Source: Balanoglossus misakiensis
Lineage: Eukaryota > Animalia > Hemichordata
Length of the DNA stretch: 64,000 nucleotides
Assembly (NCBI GenBank): GCA_040954595.2
Contig: CM082594.2
Location: 8,191,573 to 8,255,572 of the forward strand
Direction: 5' to 3'
Positions within the stretch are counted from its first letter, which is position 1. Every line of letters begins with the position of its first letter. The position numbers and the translations under genes are program-made. Below, piece after piece: positions 13,201 through 28,200 of this stretch. Below the pieces are notes generated by a model, which was not told the DNA's origin, searched no databases, and saw only the letters and a program-made list of their open reading frames with translations.

Positions 13201-16200
13201 AGTACCTTCATACATGTACCTCCTGATCAAAGCGTTTCTGTGTGTTTTATCTGAGGTCAAACTTTAAAAGATGAATATGGAACACGTCTCACATACTGGG
13301 ATTCTAAATGAATAACAGGAAGTGCAGAAGAAGGATTGGTTAATTTAATCATCTACATGGATGATAGGTCAAATTTACCTGATATGGTTTATGTAATCGT
13401 GGCAGTTTTGTGTTGAGACATGATTACTCAGGGCACTAGACAACTCCGGCCCTGTCTGTGCCAGATACATGTACATTACGTGAGCCATGCCAGAACATGA
13501 AAGATGATAGTCCTTGCGACTTGAAATTGCCTTTAGGCCACTGTGAGGCTTTTGTTGTATTACCTGTATTCATAAATATTTTATTCTCATCAAAATTTGC
13601 TGTTCTTAGTCGTACATTATGATGTATTTGTGTCATTATGACAGCTGAGACCTGTGCCAAAGTGTATTCAATTCAGCACAGTGGGTGACGGCATATTAAT
13701 TAGCTGGGTCTTAGCAGTGCATTCTGGGAAAGTTAACTGGTTTGTGTCTGGGCTGGGATAAGTAGGCCAAAGGGTCAAGGCTGATTTGACCTTTAGTGTA
13801 GGCGGTGTTGTTTGCTATTCTCTGAGGAAGCAAAGAATGAATAGTGTCGGTGATCAGTATTCAACGAGAATCGAATCTGGCGCACAAATCCGTTGATGTA
13901 CACAGCTCAGCACTAAGCTAATTGAGAAACTGTACAACTTAGGGAATCAAAAATGCAGGGAAAAGCTGATTCAAATGAGTGACCATTGAGAAACAGAAAC
14001 TATTAGAAGAGTGTTTTTAAAAAATAACAACAGATGGTGTTAAAAAGTGATATCAAGCTCTTCTATATTCTTTGTCATCTTGACTACTGATTCAAAAATG
14101 TGTCACTATTAACATAAATGATTCAGTGAGGGGTGTAGTATTTCCATTTTGTCTCACTTAGCTGCAATTTTTGGCCATTTTCCCAGCAGTATCAAATGGA
14201 GTCTTGTTCTACTCCCTGTTCTGAGCCAGTATTCTTCTAAGCAAACATTGTTGACAAATGAATTGAAGTCCAAACCCACAGTCAATTTTCAACAATTCTG
14301 GTGCTCACACATGGGGCCTCTGCTTTATTAATAGACCGAGTGTTGACAGGCTAAATACAGAGCATTTCGTCATGCTCTGGGTAGTCAAGCAAGAAACCGC
14401 AGTTGATATGGGGACAGGCTTCTGAAAGTTACAGCTAATAAATAAAAGCTTTTATGTAACTTTTTGTATCAGAAGTTCTCTTCTATATTCTTGCCGCTTG
14501 CTTCACCTGTCAATTGCCGAGGGATTGCATTTAATAAACTGTAATTATATGGAGATGTGGAAGTGTGAATTGCTATATCCTTTGGGACAGTCTACATGGC
14601 CGCGGTGACAGTGTGTTGGATGGCAACTTTCTCAGCAGTGTTCTTTGTTCTCACCATGTATAGACTCAGGGGCTGCACGTACATTCAGTATTTTCTTTGA
14701 AACCACAGAAATATAGTTCGGGTAAGTGGAATAAAGACCTTATGGTACTGACTTGGAACTACTAGCTCGGGGGCCAATATACGGTAGCTTAGTCTTCCAT
14801 CGAACTGAACAGGAATCATACTGTACTGTGATATTAGGTGGCTTTGTATATTCTATAGTAGGTGACATTTAATTACTTTGGTTGAATAAAGAATAAAGGA
14901 GTAAATATTAAAAGTAATTTCATACTAGCTTGAACTTGATTTCCCAAAGGCCTCTTCTGTCTTATTACTCTGGTGGTAATTTTTTTGGTTAGATTTTTGT
15001 CTTTGAAAAGGAAAAGATGCCAGTGATACGTGAAGTCGAAAGAGGGGGTTTCTTCTGAGGTAATTTGTACTTAAATGGATGGACACTTTCTTCTATGGTA
15101 GAGCCAGTGTCTTTGTGGAATGTTAATAATTACATTTGTATCGTGAAAAGGGCAAAGTTGCTGGCTGTTTGGACCCCATTAACTGCAGTGGTTGACAGTT
15201 TCTTTTAGTACGTTCTAAATATACTCAATGATAACTTTCCACATCTGAGCTCACACATGCGAGAGCATCTTGAGAACACACAACTTACTTGATGTTAATA
15301 AATGTCATGGAAGTATTAGTATGTCCACATCAAGTGAAAGTACATGTAGCTCTTTCTTGAGCAAAAGACAAATTGGCCTGCTTCTTTTAAAATATAACAA
15401 GCTCTAATACAAGCATGTTTTATCTTAGTGCATTTCTTAAAAGTCTGTTAAATAGAAGGTGATTGTAGTCTGGTTTGGTGCACAAGTGAACAGTCTGGTT
15501 TGGTGCATTGTTGTCTGTCTAGCCTGAAGGGGAACACCATCTGTTGATTATAGACTGTGGTGATTATTTTAGAGTAAATCTCTTTTTCTTGGAATATTAC
15601 ACAGAGTTTGCGTCACAGCATGGCCTAAGTAGATGAGACGTCGGCGCCTAAGGTACTTTCAATAACATTTGGCATTTCAGACTTTTAAAAAGAAATATTG
15701 TCATTATGCTACAGTAAATATGCTTTCTTGCACATGTACCTAAACTCTTCACATTCAGTTCTCATTGGTCGATTTTTGTCCAGTTGGACATTGTCTTCAT
15801 ACAGTTGGTGGAAGAACTATTTATCCATGTGTGTCTGTGACTTGCCACAGATTTGGCTCGGCTAGGCTGGCCTTGAACCCACACAGACAATTATATCCGA
15901 CTGAGAATAATTAAATTGTCATAAAAAATACCCAAATGGGGAACCAGGATGTAAGACTGTCACTTGTCAGGCCCAGAAGGTGAAGTGCGACCTACCGATA
16001 AATTTGTAAATGATCAGTTCAAAATGACACGCACGAACATGTTCATGTACGTGTCAGCTACATTTCATAATCGGAGTAGCGATGTCCTGATTCAGACATC
16101 TTGACTAGATCTACCTGACACCGACAACGACCCAAGAGCATGGGTTTATCCGTCAACTCCAACATCTGCTACTTGTGTAGATCTGATCATGATGCCAGGA

Positions 16201-19200
16201 ACATAAATCTAGCATCCGCACTACTGTTATATGTCCTTCACACTTATAGAGTGCCAGAGATTCTGGTATGTATTTGTTTTGAAGAATAAAAATGGCAGAC
16301 TAAACAACCAAGGATTAGGAGAAGAAATCCTTGAGGTTAAATTACTCCCAAGCTTGTCATTCCACCAGGAATTATTGTCTTTCATATTTGCCAAGTGTGA
16401 CCTTCCATTGTTTGATTGGAATCAACAAAGTGATGTTCTGAAATATGTCCATCTACACATCATCAACATGTGTGTGGAAAATGCTGTTTACGGCTTGGTC
16501 AGTTATAATCAATGATTTCACACAATCAAAGCAATACAATCTGTCATCAGTGTTGTACCATCTTGTTTATCAAACTCTAAGAATTATTATTTACATATCA
16601 CATGACACTTGGTGGAGATGAGCATACATGTATGTAACATCTACTCTGATTGGTGGAAGGTGTCTGTGATGGACAAGTGTACCCCGCATCACTTTGTTAG
16701 TCATCAAGATCGGTTCTAAAGTGTGCTGCAGTAGTATACAATCAGAATGAGATCCATTGAAGATGTTGTAACTCTACAGTGATGATTCCATAGCTGCTCC
16801 CATGGTTACCATAAAACCTTTTGAAAGATATAAACAGTTGATCTGCTGATCCCTTGGCTACCCTTGTCTTACATGCGGTGGTTTGAATACTAAATGAGGC
16901 GTGTTGCATTGAAACTCATCACCACAGATAGCTACTGACATTAACAATTGTTCAGCGTACTGAACACTACAATGAGGAGCGACTTTTCCTTTGAAATCTA
17001 CCTGTCGAGATATTTTCATTCCAAATCGTATGATATGGAGAAGAGTTATTATAAAAGGGGGAAGACCCTGCAGTTACAATACCCGCTGTCTGGCCTGTAG
17101 AGCCAAACCAAACACCATTGTTCACCTTGTAGTAAAATTTGTTTGTCAGTCTTTAGATTATTCACCAAGTCTTTTATGAGTCTGGGATGTGGTCCTTTTG
17201 TACTTCTGAGAGGTGTAACAATGCGTGATAATGAGGAGATGCCTTCATTGTTAAAAACAGTAAGTTGAAATTGATCTTGTCTTTTTAAAATATCGGTACA
17301 GCATTTGCATGATTTAATAGGAATGCTGTTGGCAGGAAAACCTCTCTAAGAAAACTGTTAATTATCTTGACAATTAAAGTGTAAACAAAGACTTATGACA
17401 CCAGCTATTGTTGTTTCTAAAGATCAATTGTTAATCTGTCTTAAAGTAAAGATTTCTGTCTGTCTGTCTCTCGTTAATCTGCATGTAACTGTCTGTCCAT
17501 CATGGTGTCAGTATCTGTCTTGATTTTTCAACCACTGTGAAAAGTATTGCTATCAATTACTTGACCATATCACACTACAGCTATCCACGAACTGACTATT
17601 CCACTAACTGACCACCCTGGACAAAATCAGCCTTAGTCCCACTGTAGTCTAGCATCTAGCTATTAAAAGAATATCAAGCTTGGAGGTTCTAGAATGACAA
17701 AGGTGTACCAGCAATTGTTCGGAGCGAGAAAATATTCCAGCTTTTATGTGAGGGATTGGACCCCTCCATGTCAAAAACTAAGGCCTCTTCCAGAGCACGG
17801 TTACTAGAAGAAGACGGTTAGGAAACTCTATTGTTCGGAAGGTGTGAACGAGGTGTTAGCTAGGAGAGTACATGTCCGAACCGCTATGTGGGGTTGTATT
17901 GGGGAACGTGTTAATTTTTGAACCCCTTCATCTGCCCTTTTTCGTCAGAGTACAGCGCCACTTTTTTTTTGTACGAGTTCCATATAGGCTTATGGAGTGC
18001 ACGGTCATAGTCTGTTGGGCTTGCGACACTCTACCATTGTTTCTTGGGTGGTTAACTAAAAGTCCGGACTCAAATAGCGTCGAATTTTGAACCCCTAGAA
18101 TTCAACCCTGATGGTCGCATTTCTGTTTTTTTTAAATATATTTAGATATTTTACACCTTTTTGTATTGCATGGGCTATTTCGTTTATTCCAATTGGAATA
18201 TTTCGTTGAGATTGCATACCCATTTCGATACAGTCGTTAACATTATCGATATAGCCTTTGGCGGCCATCTTGTTTGTTTTGGTTCGCATCGAATCTCTAG
18301 GGCACAGTCAAGACAAAGAATGTATGGCTTCATCATGTCCTTGAAAGTTCAAAATTGTCATAAATGTGCTGTGACTTTATAAATTATCCACTCTCTGTTC
18401 TGTTTTCCTCAAATCTGGTGGTATACGTACTGTGCGTGCAAGCAATTCCGTAAACATGAGTATGGTTTGCTTTGGATTGTAGGGGTAATGACGTCATTTT
18501 GACCGAGCGGTCAGTTATTCTGTCTGTTTATTCGTATGGCCAGGCTCGTTAGCACCTGATATCTTTCGTTTACACTAAGTGTTTACCGAGGCGAGCATCT
18601 AACAATGGAGAAAAAATAGTTTCCTAACCGTCTTCTTCTAGTAACCGTGTCCAGAGGTAATATAGTGCGGGGAAACAGAATATAGCTAGGTTAGCGTGAC
18701 CCATGGTTGAATACACCGTTATTTATCGCCGTGAATGTGTAGCTTAATTGCTGTAATAAAGTCTACCAGTATAGCATTGTTGACTGTCCGAAAAATCTTC
18801 GCCTTTTGATACGCTGCCAACTTTGTAACAAACTGGGAGTTGATTAGTATAGGACAGTGACCTAATGTGGCCTTCATAGCCTGGTGTGTTGCATAACTGT
18901 TTAAGTACTGGTAACTCCCCCAAGGCATCAGAAATGTTAATATGCCAATGAACGTCAGTGCTAGTTTGAATAGATGGTCACGTCCACACATACTGCGTGC
19001 TTGCTGGCGTTTACCTTCAGGTATAGGCAACGGAAATGAACCAGCCGCGTTCAGTTATAAAAATTGCATGCAATACAGTTAGTCCTTGGCAACAGCACCA
19101 GTATTAAAGCTGAATTGGCTGAAATCTGTCAATTTCAAATTACAATGAAACGGACAGTCTTTGAATTCTACCCGTATGGAGATACAGGCTGTACAATTTG

Positions 19201-22200
19201 ACTGTGTCAGAACGACATTCATTTGTGAGAGAATAGGCAAAAAATCATGTTTATAGTGCACACTAAATTTCCTGCACTATTTCTTGACAGTATGACTATA
19301 TTTGTCATGTTCAAAGTTGAACAGGCAATGCAATTAGTGGGTGATAATACTTGTGTACACATCCCTATCTGAGTAAGTTCATCATTTTCTCTTCATACAG
19401 GCTACATCTGACCCAGCATGCAGCTGGCTTTGTCTGACAGATTTTATTACAAATTTTTTGAGTATCACTGTCAGTCTGCATAAATATTGTGAACGGACCC
19501 AGCCAGGCAGAAGTTACAGTACTGGCCACATGTTGAAGTGTTGCTGTGTTGGTTTCATCTCAGACACATGATTTACACATGGGCAAATTGGTAGAAATTA
19601 GGTCAGATGCAGAGTGTACCATGGGTGAATGAGTTGGCAGCTTGGAAAGGTCATCGTGAAGTAGCCGTTCTGGTACAGCGTTGTTTCGTATACTATTACT
19701 ATAATCAGTGGTTTCTCGTTTGTTTTTTATGGTGGCAAGGAAGTGCCTGTTCCCTTATGAGTGTCTCTACTATACAGTTGCTTTCTCAGAATATGGCAGA
19801 TTGACCTGTGTACAGAGAAGTGGCAATAAATGAGGTTTCCAATCCACGAGTGAAGTGCTGGTTCTACTTTTTGAAGGAGGAGGGGGTGACTCTTCATCAT
19901 GATGAATAATTGCCAGTCAAAACAGTGTCATAAATTGTTGACTTTGCTCTTGTCATTTGCCTATCATTCCTACATTCTGGCCCCTCTGTGGCTGACTTAA
20001 ACAGTCTGTTCTGCCAAACTGTGCTGTATTTTATTGGTTGCCATATTTTATCAGTCTGAATCGATATAAATACTCGAATTTTTGGAAAACATTGATTCTA
20101 TTAATATAGTTTTTATTCACAAAACATGGCCTTGGTGTGGACTAGGGCTGTTGTGAATATTTAATATGAACCCTGGTGGCACCATATCACAAGTCCTCTA
20201 CTCGTTTAAAATGGATGCACCTCTGTAACCCAACCTCAATAAATATGTCCGAGCTATATGTTGTCATAGTAACCATGGCCTATCAACCTGGGTTGACTGT
20301 ATTCCCTTAGTATGCAAGCGATAGGTTCAAATCATTGCTGTTGGTGCTGAAATAAAGTGATCAAATGTAGACGGGGCCCAACAGACGTGTTCCTGCATTT
20401 AATTTGCCAGATATGTTTCATTAAAGGGAGATTTCATATAACCCACTCAAAGGGCCGAGCTATTTCTGCACAGGTGGTTAGTTTTCTTATTACGAGGGGC
20501 AATTAATTCAATTGTGTTGTCGAGGCGATGTCCTTCTCCCTTGAAGCATACTGCCAACAGTCGTGAAGCCCAAGTTGATGGACGATAACTTAGATTGATG
20601 TCAGTGATGAAGTTCAGAAGTACCAGCTTTACTTTCAGTCAAGTTATACAAAGAGATAAGTTTGTTTGTGATTTGTGTCAAATGCGAAATGATACCAAAT
20701 CACATGTTTTTAGTACAACGGAATATGGAAACAGATGGAACACATTACAGCAGTGGTGTGTGCAAGTTACAAGGACTACTTTAACCAACTGATAGACAGG
20801 CTGAAGTTGTCTCTGAATCTGAGTAGAAGCTTAGATGCAGCCCTGATGATGGGACTACAAAGTGTTTGGCAGACAAGCTGTAATAAGCTCCACACATCTT
20901 CTACTTGATATCCGCTTTAGATCATTGTAGAGCCGCAGTCACTCACTATTCAAACAATCTTGTCAGTTTGACTTCCTAATGTGACAGCTCTGTGTGCTAG
21001 TATAACCGAATGCAGTCTACGGATCTTTTTTGTCTGTGTGTCTGCTACTTCCAAGACATACAGACAGATGAGTCATCCTAGTTAACAGGCATTTTCTCCG
21101 CAATTTTGGCTTCTGAAATTGCTACGGCTTTTTTTCCCCCCACAGAAAATCATTGAGCGGTCATTTGTACTAGTCATCATGATGTGTCGTGATTCGAAAG
21201 TAAAAGGAATTGCAGTGCCGCATGCTTCCGGCAGCAAATCTCTCTGAAGTTGCCGACAAGCCGCTCATACCTCAGTGCTGTGCTTAATAATGTAGTTAAT
21301 ACGTGCTGAAAACTTCCTCTTATAAAAAAAAAAAATAAGTTGTATCTGAGGAACGAAGCAGAGTCAAAGCACAGTCAGGCATACTTTTGTTTCACATGAA
21401 TAACACATTGCAAATAGACCTTACAGAGGAAAGGAGATCTTACTTCATTTCTGAAGTTTCCATGCAGTGATCCACAATCAATTGCAATTTTCCTTTCAAC
21501 AAGTAAATTCGTCACTGCTGTTTTCAAATTTTTACTTGAGTGCAACTAATTTCAGTGTTTTCCCCCCTCTGTGTACATGAAAAGATTGACTTTATTTGTT
21601 TCTGTGGATAGGATAAACCATGGAGGAAATTTGATGCTGCCTTTAAACATAATTTATGGATTTCAGTTTGTGGATGAAAAGTGCCCTTTTATGCTGGGGA
21701 TGAGTAATTTCCTTCATCTTTATGAGTTTCTATCAGTTGAAAAAAGTACCGAGATTCACATAAATTAACAAATATAAACAGGGATATTGAAACTTGCATG
21801 GATTTGACCCCATACCCTCTCCGTAGACTTCACAAGAAACGTGCATTTTAAATTTTTTTATCAGTTTTCGAGAGGCCGTGTAGCGTGAGACTAATTGACT
21901 CAGACAGTGAACATCTGAAAAGGGCCAAGTAGAGTGATTCAGTTAGTGTCCTCATTAATAGTAAAATGAGTCATATTTGTTAATTTTTGATGTAGGCCCC
22001 CCAATTGAATACTTGGGGCTTTTTTATGCAGTGACGTTTCACTGGTTTTACAACAGTTTGATCATTGACGTTTTGTCTCTGGGTTGATAGAGTGGTAATT
22101 TCATTTGGCAGTTACATGTGAGCCTCACTTTCCCTACAGCTGATCTGCATCTGTTCTTGCCAGCGAGTGGGCTTGATTAGACAATTCTGAATTCCGCATA

Positions 22201-25200
22201 TTTATCCGATGGGCTTGATGAGTTAGCCGATAATCTAATTGTCAGTGTTTTACTGCGCGGTGGGCAATTGAAGGAAATGTTCTTTCCTTTCAACATCGCT
22301 TCGTGTTACTCCATCCACCGACATTCCCAAAATAACCCATCAACGGCGCGAGTCTTTGCTTCCTTTTCCTGAAATTTGGATTTGAGGAATTCACTCTGGA
22401 ATGGAATCGTACAGTAGACATCCTCCCCTACTTCCAAGTCGGTTTTACTTGTTGGTTGTATTTTGGACTCTTGTTCTCATGATTCTCATGATTATGGTCT
22501 TCTCGCTTCAAAATGGTGGTAAGTCTCTCTCCATCTTTCATGGTCTTTGTGTAATATTGTTTGTGGATAACAAGACACTCGTGATTTTAAATGTTTTGTT
22601 TTCCTTCAAATCAGTGGTATACATTTCTAATTAATTGTGAATCTGCCATAAATTTCTCACCTGGGTTTAACATGGCCACTCTGTGGTAAATGCAATTCAA
22701 TTCAGAAATGAACCAAACATCGGTGGCAAAATTCTTTAAAGCTTCGATAAGTTTGAAAAGTGACAGAAGCAGGTGGCCGCAAAACATATATTTAGTATTA
22801 GTAAATTGATCTGATGTGGAATATATGCATGGCCATGTTTATGAATGTTCATAAATCAATGTGTACTTGCGCTAGTAAAATCTCTTAGAAACCGGAAAAG
22901 GTCAGAGGCCATTTTTGGTGGCAGTCTAGAAATTTCCAAATTCAAAATGTTCCATGCGCAATTTCAGTCAAGAATCACATCCTGTGTACATTGCCAAGAC
23001 AATTTATGTTGTATATGATTCAGAAATGGTAACAAAATAAATCTTTATCTCAGATGGAATAACAAGCAGATTTAATCTTATGTGTATTTTGATATTATTA
23101 CAATGTAAACCATCTGAATGCGGATACCAGTGATTGGTTGGTTGTGGAATCTTCTTACAAAGAAATGTGATGGTTTTAAGCAGCTATGGAAATAAAATTA
23201 TTCTTGTTTTATTCACATAGTCTATGGCAGCCATATTGTATTAAATGTGAATGAAATTCAGCATTCATTTAAAAATTAATGAACGTGATGCTTGTAGTCT
23301 CTCTATAAAGGTGAGAATAGGTGAACAGTCTTGCGATAGACTGGTACGTTTGACAGTCACATTCCACACTTGCTTCATTGGACAATGTGGTTCAATGATA
23401 CAATGTATGTTATAAGATGGGATCTCATTTGCCAGAAGGTCAGCTACAGTCTGCTGTGTACATTGATAGTTGACGTCACTGATGAATCACTCTGTGATTC
23501 AGGTGTTGTATAATTAATACTATTAACTCCCATGTGCATAGCCTTTCATTTAGCTAGTTTTATGCTTAGGAATTCTCTCTTGTGTGACTGTGCTGTCTGT
23601 CTCTATGTGTTACTGGCTGTTTGTGTCTTTCTGTCTGTATGGCTGTCTTTGAGTCTGTATATACATGTATCTCTGTTCCTTTCCTCCAGTTGTGGCAAGG
23701 TCAAAAGCTACTGTTTTGTTAGCCCACATATTGGGTGGTGGGGGAAGCAAGGCTGATTTGATACTTTGCAATTACGTTTCAAACTAGGATGTAAGTGTTA
23801 CCGATGGTAACTTGACTAATGAAACATTTACAATGCAATTATGAAAATAGGCCAGAGTAGTCGAAGAATGTTGAAATTCCATTTGAATGTAATTTCTCTA
23901 GAGATTTGGGGTTGACTCGGTGATATAAGAAGATTGCTAGGTTTGTGTTCCATTCATCAAATTCCTCCATCCAGAAAGGTTTTCACAGTATCCTAGGGAT
24001 TTCAAAGAGTTACCTGAAGCCTTTTTGTTGGCTTGATTAATTAGTGAGGATGTCTGCAGAGACAAGAAAAATTCAGATGGTATTGAAATTTGAACTAACA
24101 TCAGTCATGTTGCTGCCCTTTGAAACCATCTACAAATTTCACCTCTTTGTCGCAATGCAGGAAAAATTTTCCAGCATAGGTAAAAGCATGTCTGGAAGGT
24201 GAATATTGCCATGGTTTCACTGCAGTGATTCATGTTGCCCTGATGGTATGTTGTCATGGTAAATTTGTGCTGCCTTGACAACAGAATCTGTTGGCAAAAT
24301 TGCGTAAAACATGCCAAAACTCTCACTCTATTGTGCCTTTCTCACTGGTGTAGCATGAAAGCCTTGTAAAAGTTATTATCAAAGTTTGTTCTAAGACTAG
24401 CTCTTCAATCACAAATAGTTAATTGAATCTAAGTCAGTAGTTTGTCATGTCTTTTAAATCACAACAAATCAAATCAAAATTCCAAGACTTTTACATGTAT
24501 TGTGTGTGTGTGAAACTGGGTTTGAGTATAATGACTTCATCAAGTCTGTCAATTGACAGATGTCTGATGGACGATAAATTAGAAAATATCCTATGTATAA
24601 TACTTCCCTGTATAGTTGCACCTGTTTGATCGACAAGCTTAAGGACTATTCCAGTTACAAGTAATAAAATTGTCAAGCTGCTACTGATTTTCACACAAGG
24701 TCATTTCTCTTCAAGTTCCACTTTGCCACATCTGTCACAGTACAGATTGCCGAGGTATAAAGAATCTTATGACCGTGTTGACATCAAGGAGCTGACATTA
24801 AGGAAATGTCATACCCTTTTATTCTTTTTAACAGATTGCTACTATATGTACAATATATAATACTGTGGATGATCATTGATGGTGACCTGTGTCTCATATT
24901 TTGCAACATTTCATATTTTTGTTTGCAGATATCCTGACAGCTGAGAGAGTAGTTTGCTCCTACTACAATGATCAACATACTAATATCACTGGCATGGATG
25001 CCTTTGAGAAATGGGGTGTCATTGATGAAACTAATGGAACCATTGTCTGCGAGGAAAGTGGAGACATGTTCTGCTTTTCTGCCTGGGAGGAGAATAATGA
25101 AGGAAGAATAGTAGTGGACAAACAGGGTGAGTAGTGTACAGTACACGTGTACTGTTATTGGCTGTTCACTTTCATGTGATCAGTTTGGGCTAAGCTGATT

Positions 25201-28200
25201 GGAAGACAGAAGAGTCCCGGGGATTGTGTGCCAAACTGGATGAGAAAGGTCATGGCTGATTGGCTGTTCAGGTCACATGATTAGTTGTGGCTGAGCCAAT
25301 GGGTTGATAGAAAAGCAGGTTAATACGTAGACCATGGTGAGAATTAAGGGTCATGTTTATTGGCAAGCAGGTTTTGCATAATCTGTTTGATTTAGGTGGA
25401 CTGATTGATGTGCAGTAAGTGGTAGTTAATGAGAACATATTATCAGTGGCCACCTGCCAATCAGATTTGAGCTTCTTACCAAAACAATAGGCCACTTGTA
25501 TGACCCCTGTGTGACCCTTACATCCTGGTAGTTTGTTGGACTGCTTCACTCCTTCACATACTAAGTGATATAGTCAAAAGAGTTTTCTGTCAGCTCAATC
25601 TGATAATTAATTGAAGGTTCTGGAATGTTGCAATGCAGCTCAGTGTATTTTTGGTACACTATCATGTGGTCAGCATATCAGTACAGTTAAAGTTACCAAC
25701 CATTACATTATAGCACATTGCTTGTATTACATAAACTCATCCAAAATAAGTAGAAAGTCTCAATTTGTTTTGAATATCGCCAAACACAAGAACTAGCACA
25801 AGCAAAGGTTCCTCTTGACAAATAAATTACTGCTTTCACATCCATTTTGTAGAATTTTCCTTGACTTTGGGATTGAGAAAAGAATGTATTCCAAGCTTGA
25901 CTAAACCTTTCGCCCAATTTGGCAACAAACCATGTGCTACTGAAAAATTATTCACATGAATATGATATATTACATTTTTGTGCCAACTTTACATCTTGTT
26001 ATTGTAGATAGGATTGTAGAAAGCAAGTTTATTTATATAAATGCACCCTAAATCTACCTACCAGGTAAAATGTATTGCCAAAATTAGCTCACAATTTTTT
26101 TCTAATTCGATTTTCCCGAAAGGATGAAAAAGTGGGAGTGGTTTTCTGACATAAAATCTTTCAAGAGACTGTTTTGCTATCAATACATGAATGTGAAATC
26201 GGGGGAAAAGATTTCATCTTGGCGTTCAACCCTGTTTAGGCCTCTAGACTATGACTCACTGTGCTGTACATAGTCAATTTATCCTACTCTCGTGTCTGCC
26301 ACATTGAGTCAGCCATAACCTTGATGAAAAGCCTACATGCAATTTCACATAATACACCATGTGGAAGCACAAACAGTTACATTTGCAGCATACTGCAATT
26401 ACAATGTGACGCCACAGTTTCTGGCATATTATCGATTCCCTTTGAGAAACCTGCAAGACTATACTCTGAATTATTTGCTGTTCTGATTATCCATTGCCGA
26501 GATGCTATAAATTGTTGACTATTTTTTTATAATATACTGATCATGAAAACACATGTATCAATGAGGCTTATGGTACTGTATGGTAATGATAATCAGTCTG
26601 TCAAAAGTGCAAAGGAAGTCTCTCAATATCTGTGTATCACCTGCCGGTGCAGTGTGTTGTGATACAAGGTTCGGATTTTCATTACGTTTCAAATTTCAGT
26701 AGCAAGCAAGAAAATGGACATCAACTTGGTAGGCAGGTGTAGGCAATAGGTATATTCAATTTTCAAATCATGTCTGGTCTGTCTCGACAGTTAATAAGTC
26801 CATAGGTAACAAGAACAACTCCTGAAATTAAATTCACCAAAACAGCATCAAAATTGGTAACTTTCTGTTTAAAAAACGGGATTAATAAAATTACGTCTTG
26901 GTACTTTGTTGAAATGGTTGTCCGAGTTAGCCTTTGAGATATTAGACTGCTGCTGTGTCTCTGTGAGATTGCTTCACCAAGCAAAAGAAAAATTGATTAC
27001 TTTCATCGTACTCGGCAGTTGAGGATTAGGATGGCCAGCGTTGCTGAGGATTACAATGTCCTCACCGTCGCCGTAAGATGAATTGGAGAGTCTGATCTAT
27101 TTGCCGGCCGGCCGGTTCTATAGTTGTGGAAAATCCATAATCCTTAGACAAACAGTGAACAGACACAAACATTCGGCAAGGTCAGACTTCCATTCAGTCG
27201 GCAAAATACTTCAGCCGGACAAAAACATCGAACGTGTTTTCCAGTATTGATTTTGTTAAGCAGTCCAGCCTGAAGGCATTGTTGTGACGTAAAATAGTGC
27301 CAGCATTGTCTGGTGACTGATTCCATGAAATCTTGTGTGCAGATTTTCAAGGGAAGAATAAAAATGCTTTTACCATCTCTCAAATATCGAGTCATAAAAT
27401 TCCCTGAAAGTGCGTGTGACTGATTTTTATGAAATTATGTCAGTCTACAAATTCCATGGAAAGCTATTATTTTTCTGCTAGTGCTAATACACGTTAACCT
27501 TTCACCCCCATTTCTCTCAATAGTGGTCCATCTTTACCATAGAAAACAATGGTTTTGGATCAAACCATGGTGGTGAAAGGGTTAAAGCCACTGTGTTGAA
27601 TGTTAAACCAAATGCTTAAGATGCCCTTGTGAATGGTTTGTCTAAATATATTTAATAGTATTCTGTTGTGTTTTCTAAATTTGCTATATATTATATATTA
27701 TCCAGGCTGTTGGCTTCCCAATGGAGACACCAAGTGTGCACAGTCAGAGTGTGTAACCACACGGAGTCCAACTCAAGCGAAAAACAAAACAGTCAAGTTT
27801 TGCTGCTGCCATGGAAACTTATGCAACAAGAACTTTTCTGATGAGTATGTGCCAACACCCACACCAGAACTTCCAACCCAAGGTAAATTTCTTATCAGTC
27901 ATGTTATTGGCCCATTAAAGGTCATGTGACAGGATTCTCTTATGGTTATTGGCCCTTTAAAGGTCATGTGACAGGATTCTCTTATGGAACGATGCATATA
28001 TGTATAATAATCCATTCTGAGCTTCATTTAAAAAAAAAACGCGAGCAGGATTTGATGTACCCTGTATATTCCAAATATCATGACATTTTAAAGTACACCC
28101 AAATCCCCGTTGAAATTCAATATTTCTACCAAGCGATAGTCGATACTTAGAAAGATCAGACATGTTACACCTGTGCAACATGTTGCCCGGAAGCACAAAA

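Noticed and set aside
14575-14583. U12-type donor motif ATATCCTTT
   Set aside because: Not attached to any coding exon; all reconstructed introns are ordinary GT-AG.
17796-17827. Possible RAG/Transib-type (RSS-like) TIR because it begins CACGGT
   Set aside because: The TSD is 7 bp rather than 5 bp, and there is no CACAGTG heptamer or nonamer arrangement.
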